Below are positions 13,126 through 26,400 of a DNA stretch of 64,000 bases, piece by piece. This stretch comes from Owenia fusiformis. Taxonomy: Eukaryota. The stretch's first letter is position 1. The number at the start of each line of letters is the position of its first letter. The position numbers were made by a program, and so were the translations under genes. The notes beneath the pieces are model-generated. The model did no database searches, was not told the DNA's origin, and was given only the letters and a program-made list of their open reading frames with translations. The stretch lies in the NCBI GenBank assembly GCA_903813345.2, contig CAIIXF020000001.1, forward strand, positions 16,988,001 through 17,052,000. The letters run 5' to 3'.

Positions 13126-13405
13126 TTAAGCAAATGTATTTTTAAAATGTGGCGTAGAAGATGCATTTACCTATAGTCACTCATAAGTCGGCAACGGCCG
13201 GACATATTTGTTGATTTGTATTTTATCTTATGTATTTTAATTGTATTATATGTGTGTGACTTTAATAAACTATTTTACACTAAAAATTAAAACTATAATC
13301 ATATTATAAATGTATTTGTACGTAAAATATTGTAAAAACTTAAAATAAAACCAAGTATGGTGGATGAAAGATTATTAATTAGGCTAATCAAGATTGCTTA
13401 CTTAC

Positions 13406-16400
13406 CTGTATGGTTGTGGGTGTGTTCAGTGACTCCATTCCGCATTTGCCAATGCCCTGTCCAAAGTTTGTGAGTAATTGGCCAGTGAGGTCTACGCCTT
13501 CTCTCCAACACCCAGCCTCCTTTGAAATTATGAAACAATAATTTAAGACCTACACTTACACATTTGGTTCTGGTCTGTGATCCTGGTCCCAAAATTTGAC
13601 TTTTGGCATCAAAATTGCCAATACTGTATCTTGAAAACCAAGAATACTGAGAAACTCGAGAAATTGCAATTTGAAGTCAAATAGGCAAATGTGTTCGTGA
13701 GCTAATACAAATTGAATTTTTAAAATAATCATAATCATAAACCTGTTATAATAGGGAATAAACCATTATTTACTCTATAACCTAAGCAAGAAATACTGCA
13801 ACCAATTATTTAGATAATATGTTCTATAGCTTACAATCAGTTTACGTAGTCCTGCTTCATCATGGGAAACATCTGACGCTGAGAGACTTTGACGTTTGCT
13901 GGCAGCCTCTTCCCCAAGGTGACGTCGTACTAGCTCTTTCACTGGATCACCCTATCAAATGATAAGGCATTAATATTCAAAACGTGACCTGCCGTTTTGT
14001 TGAAGATGCCAAACACCAAACACCAATCACCAAACGGCAACAGCTATCCATACATCAAATTGTTATTAAGAAATAGAGAGTTTTGAAGATATGATATGAC
14101 GTTTTACATAGCACTGATGTGGCATTTTATAGGCAACTTGTGCTCACAATTGTAATCCTATGTAATTACATAAGAAAGTAGTCTGTAAAATGTTTTGTCT
14201 ACCTAAAATATCTAATATATTAATATAAAATAGGTACGAGAGCCTTGGACATGTGATATTGTGATTTTGAGTTTTGATATTCATCAAAAATGCTTCATTT
14301 TATGACATAAACATTGAATCAATGCCATCATCATCAGATAAAACTGGTTATTCCATCACACCAAAAAATTCAAATGAACCCCTGAACCTGTGAAGATTGG
14401 AAAATTGTGCTTTCCATAGAATCTTTTTTACAAAAAGGACCTACGAAAACACTGCAAAAACCTTTTTTAAGAAAAAATAATTATGATTAAAACCTCTTAT
14501 TTAAACTGATATTAGATAGACAAGAATGGTTTGGAAGGTCAATTTTTCTATAAATATGTTTTGACTGAGAAATATAAAGATAGAATTGATCCATTTCACT
14601 CAAAATTCTGTTTTTAAATTGTCTTAGTGAGTGACCAGATCATCTTGACCTTGGAGTTTTAACACAAGCCATCAATTTCGCTTCCAAATATAGAGCTGTC
14701 AATCAAATTCTTGACCTATGTGGAAGAGTAAAAGTTATTTTTAGTTGACTGATGTAGATGATTTCCATCTTGATTTGTTGTCAAAAACAGAATTGAAGTT
14801 TTATAAGGATGCTCAAAAATTAATTTGTAAGCATTTCGAAAATGATTTCTTGATAAATGCATACAGATCAGAGTGACCTACTTGGAACAGACATTAAGAA
14901 AGTATTCTTTTTAGCACAATTAAACAATATACAAATAGTGACTGCCATTGAGGGCAATAGTGTAAATTATTTCCCCGAGGGAATATCCTCTACCTGCGGC
15001 TTCGGGAATAGTACATTGTAGAGGATATTCCCAAGGGGAAATCATTTACACTATTGCTCGAAATTAGGCAGTCACTATTTGTTTTATTATATACCCTATA
15101 CTGACTCTTGTCCCGTTTCCTCTGCGAAGGCCAAAAAGGCTTAGAAAGCCCCCTCCCCGGGTCCATTGTTAGCATTATAAGCTGTGACGTCATCAGATGC
15201 TCAACAGAAATTTTTGCCTCTGAGACTCTCACTTGACAAATTCAATCGCGTTTAACACGCGGAATAGATTATCATAACACTTGAAATTACACAGACGTAT
15301 TGAGCTTAGGGAACTTTATACACGTTGCTTATACTGTATCGTTCACGCACGTCTGTCATGGTGAACGGAGTTGATTTGTGTTTGTGCTCATCCTCCATTT
15401 TTCTGTTTTTCGTCTGCGCAGTGATGATGTGCAGACGTTTCCAAGGGTAATAGAACTTGCAATTGTGACGTCAGCGGGCAATAGATCAAATGTATATTCC
15501 CGCTGACGTCACATTTGAGGGAATATAACTTTCCGAGGGAAATAGTAAATCTATTTCGGAACACGTGACTAGGTATTGACCAATCAGGATTAGTGTTACA
15601 TATTGGGTATATAATAAACCAATAAATTGTAGATATGTAAGAACCAAAAAGATTAGAATAAAATATTCTATAAATTGGTATTTAAGAAAATATTTTACTT
15701 TTCTATAGCCCCATTCTTTGAAAGTGTGTCTTCTAGGTTGGGGAGATTCCCCAACGACCCCATGTTGTAAAATCACAAAAAGTGAAATATATTTTCTTGT
15801 GTTGAGAAGAAAATATTTTACTGGACAGGGGCATAGCCAGCTTTCAGTCTGGGGGGGGTGAGTCTAAGGGAACTTTGTAATACCCTGCCATGTTATTTCC
15901 CCCCAATTAGCCACCTGGTGGCGACACCCACCAATGACTACACTTCTCACATGTAGTATCTGAAAGCCTAAATGTCTTTCTATATAATACCTTGATAGAT
16001 CAAGATGCAGAATTACCTGTGGGGTATCAACAAGAAGGCCAGGGCGGGTTAGAAGTGTTTCCTCAGGTATGTATGACCCAGGGGGACTTGTAACCATCTT
16101 TACTAAGATCTGCCGTGTAGCCTCAGATGGAATCCATGCATCGTGCATTCTAAAACACAAAGCAACTTCCAAAACCATTTCATTGTGTATCAAGTTTAAA
16201 CATAGCTACAGGTAACAGATGTGCTGTTTTTTATGAATTTTCAAATTTGTTCCAAAAAGTTACAAATACAAGTGCTATTCATCTCCTTCTAAGTGTTCCT
16301 ATAGATTTCATCTTGTACAATTAACAATATTTCATCAAAGTAAATATAAAGTTTTTGTATGAAATTTTGGTTTATGTTATAGTAGAGGAATGAAATATTT

Positions 16401-17815
16401 TGAAAATAGCACAATATAAACCATTTAGAAAATGTATAATTAATAAACCTGGATGGTGAATGACTTCTAAAAGTGGAGATTTTTATATTTGCTCTCCATA
16501 AAGTATATTCCTCATTTGTCCAATACAATGAAACCAGTCTTATATTATAGATATACCTGTCACTGCTACTCATTTGAAGACTGGCAGAGAAAAGATCCTC
16601 TCCTGATGTTTGTCTGAACACCTGAGTAGCACTAGCATCTTCATTTGGATTCACGGGGGAGGGTTGAATGGGTGGAGTTTGCGGAGCTGTCCCTTCAGTA
16701 GGGCTGGGAATAGAGGGCGCTCCAGATGTCTCATGACTATCTCCAATAGGGGGCAACTTCGGGCTGAAACTCATTGGCATGTTCAGCATTTGGGGTGACA
16801 CATTGGGAGGTAGAGGTGGTGTCGTAGGAACATTTCTCGGAGATGCTGGGAGTGTGACGTCCATTTGGAGTTCATCGGGACTCTCTCGGACAAGTTCATT
16901 TGGCAGATCACTAGTTGGACTACCAATTCCACCAGCAAATGTATCAAAAAAGTTTTTATTGTCATTTTCACTGCTAGATGCTTCTGCTGATTTGAAGAAT
17001 TTGCTCACACTATCTGTTGAAGCAATCTTTCTTAGTTTTTCTTGGTCTTCTTGACTTGTATCAAATGTGATGCTTGTTGGTTCTTGACTGTTCTCACTAA
17101 TGGTTCGATTTCTTGCTGGAATAGTATGAACTGTTTCTACTGGTTTAATCACTTCCTTTTCACCTGTAGATGGGGCACTTTGTGAAATTTGGTCAAAGAA
17201 ATCAGCCCCAGTTGCATCTGATGTAGGGGCTGGATGAGTTTTAAAATAATTGCTAGCCCTACCATTTGTCTCCTCTAAGCTACCAGTAATCACTGGGTCT
17301 GTAACTCCCGTCATATTTTCTTCTTTCTCTTTATCATTGCTATTCACTGGCCATTCAAGAGACTCTTGTTTAGTAAACTCATTAGATTTTTCAATTTCTT
17401 GTTCAATAATGTCATCTTCGGAAAGTTCTAAATTTTGAACACCCTGAACAATTTCTGGCTCTACAATTGGCTTGATGGGAACCAATGGACTTTCTAAGTC
17501 TATACTTTGTTCAACAATTACTTCTTCTGACTTAATGTCTTGCAGAGTATTGATTGTGGTATTGCTTTCTGTAAACTCTGTTGGGCTATCATCAAAAATG
17601 TCATCTTCCCCCTTAGTTTCTTCAAGTTCAGAATTAGACTGAAGAATGTTATCAATATCTTCCTCCAGATTTTCTAAAGGACTTCTGACTTCTTCACTAA
17701 CGGGTTCATCTAAAATTTCAGCTGAATCATCCAAGTTGATTGTAGTGTCCATTAAAATATCATTAGTAGTGGTACTATCTACATTAGGTGCCTCATTTGA
17801 CCCCTTCTCAGACAT
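13406..17815 (-). CDS. TRAPPC12: Trafficking protein particle complex subunit 12 (TRAPPC12/TTC15), 5' coding exons; the gene continues leftwards
   Basis: Four phase-compatible GT-AG exons: 17815-16557 (acidic disordered N-terminus; ATG directly after an acceptor), 16149-16017 (MHDAWIPSEATRQIL..PGL), 13951-13835 (GDPVKELVRRHLGEEAASKRQ) and 13519-13406 (CWREGVDLTGQLLTNFGQGIGK). These match recalled TRAPPC12 blocks (DAWLP..ATR, GD.VK.L..R.LGE.AA.KRQ, WR.AVDL.G.LLT..GQG.GK). The TPR-encoding 3' exons were not found in the window. Confidence 0.88.
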
Positions 17816-18007
17816 CTGAAAATGCAAAGTTTAAGTTATATAAAATGAATTGTCAACTATGTAAGAATAGGAAGGTTTTTTATACCATTTATAGTATGAA
17901 TATCTATTAATATGAATATCTATTATTACCACCTTGCCGGGCCAGTTCTAGGGGTTTTAGTGTTAGTTTAGAAGGTGAGTAAGGTTGATCCGTCTGAATT
18001 TTCTCCA

Positions 18008-18450
18008 TATATATTATATTAGCCAAGGGATAATCCCAATATCCTGAACCGACTATAGGATAATATGTTTATCCCATACCAATCTTGGTCATCTGGTTCA
18101 CATTGTTCAATTGTGGAAATATTTTAGAATATTCATGTCCAGTTTTGTTTTCTTGGCCTTGGGCAGATTTTTCTGTTCTCTCAAATATTCCCATATTTAT
18201 TTTCTCAATTTTTTGATTGATTAAGTGGATGCTCCTCCCCTTTTTTAAACCATCAAACAGATCCGATTGTCTGTGTTTTCTCCATTGTCGTTTACAGTCA
18301 TTACGTGAACATTACAAATTATGAACAAATATGCGAGCGGCGATTATGACGTAGCGGGCAGATATACTATATCTGCCCGCTCGGAGCGGGACGTAAAGCT
18401 ATTTCTGCCCGCTGATGAAAATATAAGTTTTTACAAACAGGCTTTATGTA
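18008..18450. repeat. Dispersed repeat, near-identical to ~50104-50510
   Basis: About 430 bp shared, starting ATATTATATT..CCAAGGGATAATCCCAATATCCTGAACCGACTATAGG. Related CCCGAGGG palindromic cores occur at ~14950-15060, ~49670-49770 and ~58490-58630. Confidence 0.75.
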
Positions 18451-19662
18451 CCTGTATGGGATAAAAAATATACAGGGGGACAATAACACTGGATGTGGAA
18501 GGTCATATGCATAAATCTGGAAAATGCATTTAATTTACAGGTTTTAGATACGCAATGTATGCAAATCTCACTAATATCACAAAGGCATAGGGAAAAATGA
18601 AGCTATGTTAAACAGATGATTAAACTTCACACAGTAAAGTAAATTATACAAATCATCACAAATAGTTCTCTGTACATTTCTTGTGTCAAAATTACCCCAA
18701 ACTTTGACATTCCGTCACCCTCTCAATGGCAATAAAGACGTGGCTGTCTCAAATCACAGTAATATACACTTCAATCTTGAGATCAACCAGTATTTGAAGA
18801 GGCCTTACTTACAAGATACAGTAGTAGGTCCACAGACACGGTTCACCCTCATCCCACTCACTACGCTTTAGTCCCAATACAAGGTTAAGACATTAAATCG
18901 TATTTATGGTATTAACTCACCAATTCTTAAATCAGCAAATTGTGCAAATAACATTGGAAATGTGACGAAAAAACAAGCACTTTTGCAATCACGACAAATC
19001 GACGTCCTTTTACAGCGACCTCTATAATATACACGATGAGTCTCATTATTTTAAGAATTGTATTTTTATAATTACGATTATCAACCTCAATTCTAGTATT
19101 TAGATATATCTGTGATGATGCTATGAATTTATTGGAGTAGCCTCGGTATATTTCGCATAGGGGGGGAGATTTAAATCTTCTTCTTGGGCCTGTGAGTAGG
19201 TCCCTAGCCTTGTTTGTTTCGAGGTCTCCTCTGCTGAAGGCAGCGCAAAGTAGGAGCGTAGCGACTACTTTGCGGGAGACCTCGAACCATTGATCACGTT
19301 TGCTCCTGTAATTATTCACTTCTTCACCTCTTTAAAATGTGATTTCAATCAGTTGATCAAATTTTCGGACTTTCACCTCGAATTCAAATATTAATATTTA
19401 TTAAAAAAATATTGACTCATTATTATATTTTTAAAATTCTTTCAAATAAAGTGAAATGAAGCCAAAATCAGCTAAAATTATGAAATGTCGTAAAATGGCA
19501 TGACTGGAATATGATGCAATCACCCGTGACGTCAGACACGTATTGCCACATCAACAACTAAACAAACAATTAATATAGACTTCACTGATTGGTTTAAAGA
19601 TTCTTCGCATCATTTGTGATGCCATAAACATGTTACCAACCAACAACTAAACAAATAACAAA

Positions 19663-20042
19663 TAGAGTCCATTTCACTGCTTCATTTCGTCAGTAGAACA
19701 GCAAAAATAAGAAATTGGGAGACCATTGTGCAATAACATATGGAAAAGTATATTCATAATGTACATGAATGACATTTGTATATTTTTTGTGCAATAAGCC
19801 TGTGCCGTCTTGTAATTTGAAGAATTTCAGCCATGTTAATCTTATTGAAAATAACATGGCAGAGAAACATCCAAATATAAGAGGCCACACACTTTATAAG
19901 CCAAACTAGAAGCAATCCAAGATATACAAATATCATTCATGTACATTATGAATATACTTTTCCATATATTATTGCACAATGGTCTCCCAATTTCTTATTT
20001 TTGCCGTTCTACTGACGAAATGAGGCAGTGAAATGGACTCTA
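19663..20042. mobile_element. Palindromic MITE in the TRAPPC12/EIPR1 divergent region
   Basis: TAGAGTCCATTTCACTGC ... GCAGTGAAATGGACTCTA, with near-perfect inverted arms longer than 110 bp. Confidence 0.8.
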
Positions 20043-20328
20043 GGCATATTAGGTTCGTTCAGTGCCACGCTCTTGAATCAGTTATAAACAGGGATAATCA
20101 ACAGATACATGAGAGGGTCAGGCATTTTTTGACTTGGAGACCTCGACTCGAGGAGTTTGCTGCATTTTCTTGTTACTACATTTTGATTTTCATGATTTTC
20201 ATTTGATTTTGACTCAGATTTTAGAAATGACTGAAAGATGATGATGCTTTGCAGGATCGGGACACATTGTGAACAAAATTGTGAAATGAAAAGTATACGA
20301 TTGTTATAAAATATCAGTATATACATAC

Positions 20329-20460
20329 CTTAGTTGCAATAAGTCGTGGATATTAAACGAAATGACTGAAATATTTTTTCGATTTTATTTTTCAAGAAAA
20401 CTCTTCAAACTGGAGGCTCAAAATCGAAAAGTAGGCGTGTCAAATGTCGTAAAACTGAAG
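20329..20460. promoter_or_regulatory. Candidate bidirectional promoter and 5' UTRs of TRAPPC12 (-) and EIPR1 (+)
   Basis: A minus-strand donor (AAG|GTATGT at 20329) lies ~130 bp from the EIPR1 ATG. TRAPPC12 needs an upstream non-coding exon. An alternative donor (TTG|GTGAGT) lies at 18921. Confidence 0.4.
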
Positions 20461-23400
20461 ATGGAAGATGATGCCCCTGTTATTTATGGACTTGAATTCC
20501 AGGTAATTTGCTTGAAAACATTGTAATTTATGCAAATTTATATATTTTATATATTTATTAATATCCATGCAAAGTTTCAGTGAATGCGAGTCGAGAAACC
20601 ATAGGCCTACAGATTTTCCAAAACTAAAAATCATTTACTAGATCTAGATTATTTTTCTTTTGGCAAAAAAAATTAAAAAAACACTTTCCTTTGACGAGTT
20701 GTAGCCCTACAGTTATAGTTAAACTCAAATACTTCTTCCATGTAAACTTTTTTTCGCGCAACTTTCCTTCACACTATTTCATTCAATTTGAACTGCTGTG
20801 TTTTGTCTTTTCACCAGTCAGCGATGATTATCCCCAAGTGAGTGTTCGGCGGTTGATGTTCGGCGGTTGACATTTAATAAATGGCAAGTGGTGACATTTT
20901 GCATGTTAATGCCTTAATAATTATGCTACGGGTGAACTCAATAGAAATATAATTAGGATAAAAAGCCGTAAAATTAAATCATGGTACTGCGTCTCCACCT
21001 CAACATGGATAAGCCGTTACAATCAGGTACGGTGGGGATCATAAAGAATTGCAAAAGCTATGAAAATTAATGCTGTCGCACATGTAATAAAGTCTTACCT
21101 CAGTGTATTCAGTGCTCTATTTTCTCCGTCTTAGTAAGTCCAAATATAGTGGAATTTGTGTCCCTAATGACAAATAAGAACTTCAAAAGTTGAATTGGAT
21201 ATTCACATGTTATGCCGACTCTTCAAATGTTGAGGTGATTTTGTCGCCCTATGGCGCCGGAACGGAGGATTGGCTCCCAGAATGCAACATGACACGTGCC
21301 AGCTTTCAAAATGCTGTTCCGCCATTTTGAAACCTGTCATGAGTAAATACGGTTATCTGATGTTGCATTCTGGGAGTCAACCGTCCTTGGATAACAAACA
21401 TGGCGATTCATGAAAACATTCATTCGATTTGGTAGGGATTTATACATTATTTGCAGGTATGAAGCTTTGGATTCATTTATTGTGCTACTTTAGTGAACGG
21501 GAATTATTTTTCTACCGCTTGGGAGAGTTTGAGACACGAAAATTGGAAATTAGCTCATTGTGACAACTTGTGAACGTTGAGTTTTATTTTTGTCCCCCAC
21601 TGTATAACCCTGGGACAGAATGAATACTTCATGGTGTCCCCGGGGGTTCACTCTTTATAAACCTTGACGGGTATCCTTGGATCACATGGGGTACATTTTT
21701 TTTGATATTTGGTATGGCAATAGACACAAATTTTAGGATCTGGTATGAGAATGCCCCCCAATTTATGACTTTTGAGGTATGGTAGTGGACAGACCTTCTG
21801 GTATGAGACTGGTTGTGCCTCTCACTTGTGGTATGGAATTGGCCTAGTTGTTACACATATATGTATCCTTTATTTGAGGTTGTTTTGGATCTTTTTCGTC
21901 AAATATCTGCCTTCTCGGGGCTTTCGACATTTTGAATAGCCTTGGTATTATGTCTGGATATTTGGTATGTCAATGGTCCTATATTTGGACATTTGGTATG
22001 GCATTGGTCTTAATATATTTGGATATTTGGTATGACATTTGGACTTTTTTGGTTGGTTTGATTCTGTACATGTATCATTTTATGAAATAATTTCTTGGCT
22101 TATTTTGCAGGCTCGAGCATTGACTCCTCAGACAGCGGAGACAGAAGCAATACGGTTCTTGGTTGGGACACAATCATTGAGACATGTCAACCAGGTAACA
22201 TTATTACATGGTATTGGTTGAAATTTAGTTTTGCATGTGGGGCCTAGCCTTGTTGGGATTTTCAGTCGAAAAAACTGGAAGTTTTGATATTGCCCTTCTG
22301 CAATTTTAAACAAAAATGTATAATAATTTTTCCTGGAAGTTGTGCACTGGAGGCCATGAAGACAATCCTTATTTACATTGAACACACTAAAAAAGTTATA
22401 AGTTCCCTTGGAATAAAAGCCCATGGGTATTATTTTGGTATACCGTATTCTCTATAATTAGCGCCCAGGTCAGTTTCCAAATTGAAATTTAAAAGGGTAA
22501 GATATTGAGAGATTCCAACAGGCACACACTACAAAAAATTTAGAAAAAAGGTTGCCAATAACCTTTTTAGTTGTTATTCCCTTTAAGGTTTAAATATTCT
22601 ACAGTTCCTTTATTTCTTTCTCTGCATATATCATCAATTGATATCTTGTTGTGTTAACAATCAGAACTAATTGATTCAATTTTTCTTGAGACCACATTCA
22701 ACATAAAAGTTGTATGTGCGCTCATTGGAGCTGTGTGCTCATTAGAGAGAATATGGTATGTGCTTTCAATAGATGGCCTGTATGCTATACAGTATATATA
22801 GCAAGTGAGTTTTTATTTTAGGGAATCTAGTAAAGCAAAGCCTCTATTTCTGAAAACTTCTCAATTTGAACACTTTTTTTGTTCCCATTTTTATATTTCC
22901 AAGAAAATACTTACTAATCTGTACATTTTAGCTCATAAAATCTGGAAAATATTTTCTCAGTAATAGGAATAGATATAAGCCAGCTAATATGTGGATTTTC
23001 AAATCTTTCAGGTTCACCTCATAGACTTTGATGATGAGAACAACGTGATTAACAAGCATGTATTCCTTCATCCAGAGGGGGAGGTGTGGCACATCAGTGC
23101 ATCTCCAATGGATAAGCAGATCATGGCCACATGTTATAACAAAGGTCAGCACAATTTGAATAGAACAAACAAAGTCAATACTAACCTATTCAGTATTTTT
23201 GATCATTATATTTTTTATCATTCAGAATGTTATATTTTTTCTGAAAATACCTCATTTTATTTATGACCCTAAATCATCCTAAATTAAAAATATATATTTA
23301 TAACTTGCAAGGTCAATACTAAACAAGACAAGACAATTATAAGGGGTGCATTGACCTCTTATAATTTTTAACATTACTACAAGAGGTTTGATTTGCTGAA

Positions 23401-26400
23401 ATTTTGAGTATCAAGTATTTTAAGTAAGTCATCAATTATTTTTGGAATGATTTTGGGTTGTTTTATTTTAGTTTTTGTCTGTTGCAGCTAGTGATAGTAA
23501 GACAGAGTTGAATGCTGCTATATGGCGTATACCCGACTCTGACGGCTCCCACCCTGAGGGCCCTGATGATGGGGCAAGTGCCCATACTCTGGAGGCTCTT
23601 TCACACCTTGACAATGCTGACTATGGCGACATGAAATGGTAAGCATTCTGGCTATATCCAATTCAAAAGACTCTTAATTATTAATTGTATAAATGTTATA
23701 TGTATCACGGGTCAGATTGTGAACTAAAACTGGGGAGCTCTGACTGTCATTTGCCTCGAGGGTTAGTTCGGATCAGAAAATCATTTGGTTCAGTTTTTTA
23801 CGGAATATTAATGCAGACGGATGAGAAAGATATTGACGTCGTCCAGGTATCAGATTCAGCTGACACATTATTTCAACAATTTAATAAATACATTTGTGAA
23901 ATTTCAAGACCTATAACATGAGATTACAGTTAATAAATGGTAACCATACAGGCTAATTTTGTTTTTTTGGATCATGATACCCATGGCAGAATAAGATATT
24001 GCGATAATAACCGAATACTAGTAACTGAATCGAAAACCAAACCGAGGGATTGAAAAACTTAACAGTACCAAATCGAAAATTTTGAAATCATCTGACCCCT
24101 TATATGTATAATATATTAGTTATTGTAATGTCATGTAGTTTGCCTGTTCTAAGAAAATCTGTCTGTCAACTTTCTAACATTAGGTGACAAAGAATTATTA
24201 GAGATGACCACTTTGTATATCAATGGATGTATTTTGTATGAATTGATAGATGGTGCCTTTTGATGATAGATGTCTTTTGTGTATTTTCGAATCAAATAAA
24301 TGATTGAATCAATCGAGTACTGTTCCATTCAAAAGATGGCAGCAACAGTATGGTATAATTTTTAGATCATTCATTTTATTATTGAAGGTGAAATTGGTTC
24401 AATTTATCTAATGTGAGCGTCATGTAACTTGTGTTACACATGTACAATACAGCCTTGGTTTCTGATTTGTAGCTTGTTATGGAACCCTAGTAATGATGAT
24501 AGCAATGTGATAACTTTAGCCGATAGCCATATACTCATGTGGGACCTGAATGCAAGTGGCACCAATGCTACAGTAAGTTACTATCACTCTATATTTGACA
24601 TATTCATTTATGAATTCCATTTCTTCTTCAGAACAGTTTGGAGTTTTTTTCATGTAATGTACAGTAAAACCTGTCTAAGTGGAACATATTTGGTGCCTCT
24701 AAAAAGTGTTCCACTTGGGACGTGTTCCACTTAAAGGCACACTATACTTAATTTAGAAGAAAAAATAAAAGAATTATCATTGAAACATGTTACTCACACA
24801 CTTGCTCTAATATGACACAAAGTTTGATTTGCTTTAATATTTGACCAAGAAAAAAATAACTCACAAAGAAAGAAGCATTTTAAACAAAGTACATGTTTTA
24901 AATTACTATTGATTTAAAAGATGGTGACACTTCTATAAAAATGAATGTATCATGTAATACAAACAACTTCGGCATCTTTCAATGACATTGATAAAAATTT
25001 GATATATGAAGCTTGACGGATCGAAAATATTTTTTGATAATTTATTGTAAGCTTTGATCTGGTTCATTTGAGCTGTTGTTGGTGTCAAATGAAAGATAAG
25101 GTTCTTATCAATACATTGGACATACTATGAAATTTAAATGTAAGTCTTTATTTTGCCCAAAAATGTTGAAAATTCTCAAAGTGGGCCTTTAAAGAGGTTC
25201 ATCTAACATTAAGTCAGTTGGTCTTGGGACTCTGAAAAGTGCTCCACTTACAGAGATGTTCCACTTGTCACAGCACGATCTCTCAGTCATTCATCTATCT
25301 TCCCAGTAAATACAGTATTAGTTATGGCAAATAACAACTATTCGCTTCTTAATTGTTGTCATCTTGTGCGCTATGGAACCTGTATGCATCTGTCTGCCTG
25401 ATTGTGTCTGTCTGTCTGTCCATCCGTCCGTCCATCTGTCCGTTCGTCTTGGCAGGTGGGCAGTAGTGTTCCAAACGGTAGTGAAAACTGGTGCCGGTAT
25501 CACCGCAATTCGTTACCGAATACTGCGGTTTTGGGTCTATGTTCGCGAATTCGTACATTTCTGTGACTGAGTTTAGATTTTGCCAAAGTTTTTGGTGGTG
25601 AATTTGGTCCCTTTCATACAAACACAGTTTATTGTCATGATTTATCAATGTCTTACCTGATTATCGATAATTTCTGCATTGAATTAAGACATCTACAGCC
25701 AGCTATTTAACGTAGTCATTCCTCAAATTGAAAAAAATATATTTTCATTTTTTGACAAGTTCTTCCGCTCGCCAGGTGGCGCACTTAATCTTGCAATTTC
25801 TGGTAAGTTTAATTGATTCTTTAGATATTCCGGTGTCCGGTACTGGAATTTCAGTGCCGACATTAGGCCAGAATGCCACCGTAACGGTACTTCCAGCAAT
25901 ACCGCAGATCACTAGCTGGGCAGTTGGTTGGGTGCAGGGTTAGACTATATCCTCTAGTCTGAAATTTTTTGAAATTTGGAATGAAAATATTCAGGCTATA
26001 GCCCACATATGTTAAAATGTGGGATTAAAAATTATTTGTTTACATAGGAAGTGCCATTCAAAATGGCCGACTGGGTAAATTAATTTGCATATTTGTTACT
26101 TCTCCTAGCTTTATTTCCATTTGACAATATGCTGTGTTACTTTTTATAGCATTTAATTGTACCTTACTACTTAATTGAATTGTTATAATGCTTATTTTTT
26201 GGAAGTGAAGTTCCCTAAAATTGATAATCGTGTGCAGGAAATTTCCTGTTTTTTCCCACAGGAGAGACATAATGATCAATAGACTGAATTCTCAAGTAAT
26301 TCAGTCTATTGGATATAGACTAGGTGCAGGGTGGGTGCCACATAAATCTTGTCATCAAAATTCCAGAAAACTGTTTACCTGTTCAACTTGACATGTTCAC

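Noticed and set aside
16289-16556. C-terminal ~89 aa of the 512-aa tracked ORF
   Set aside because: This is read-through into an intron past the donor at 16557. The conserved TRAPPC12 sequence resumes in the exon at 16149.
19218-19286. Hammerhead ribozyme or tRNA
   Set aside because: It is a three-way junction but has no CUGANGA/GAAA core and no tRNA D- or T-loop motifs.
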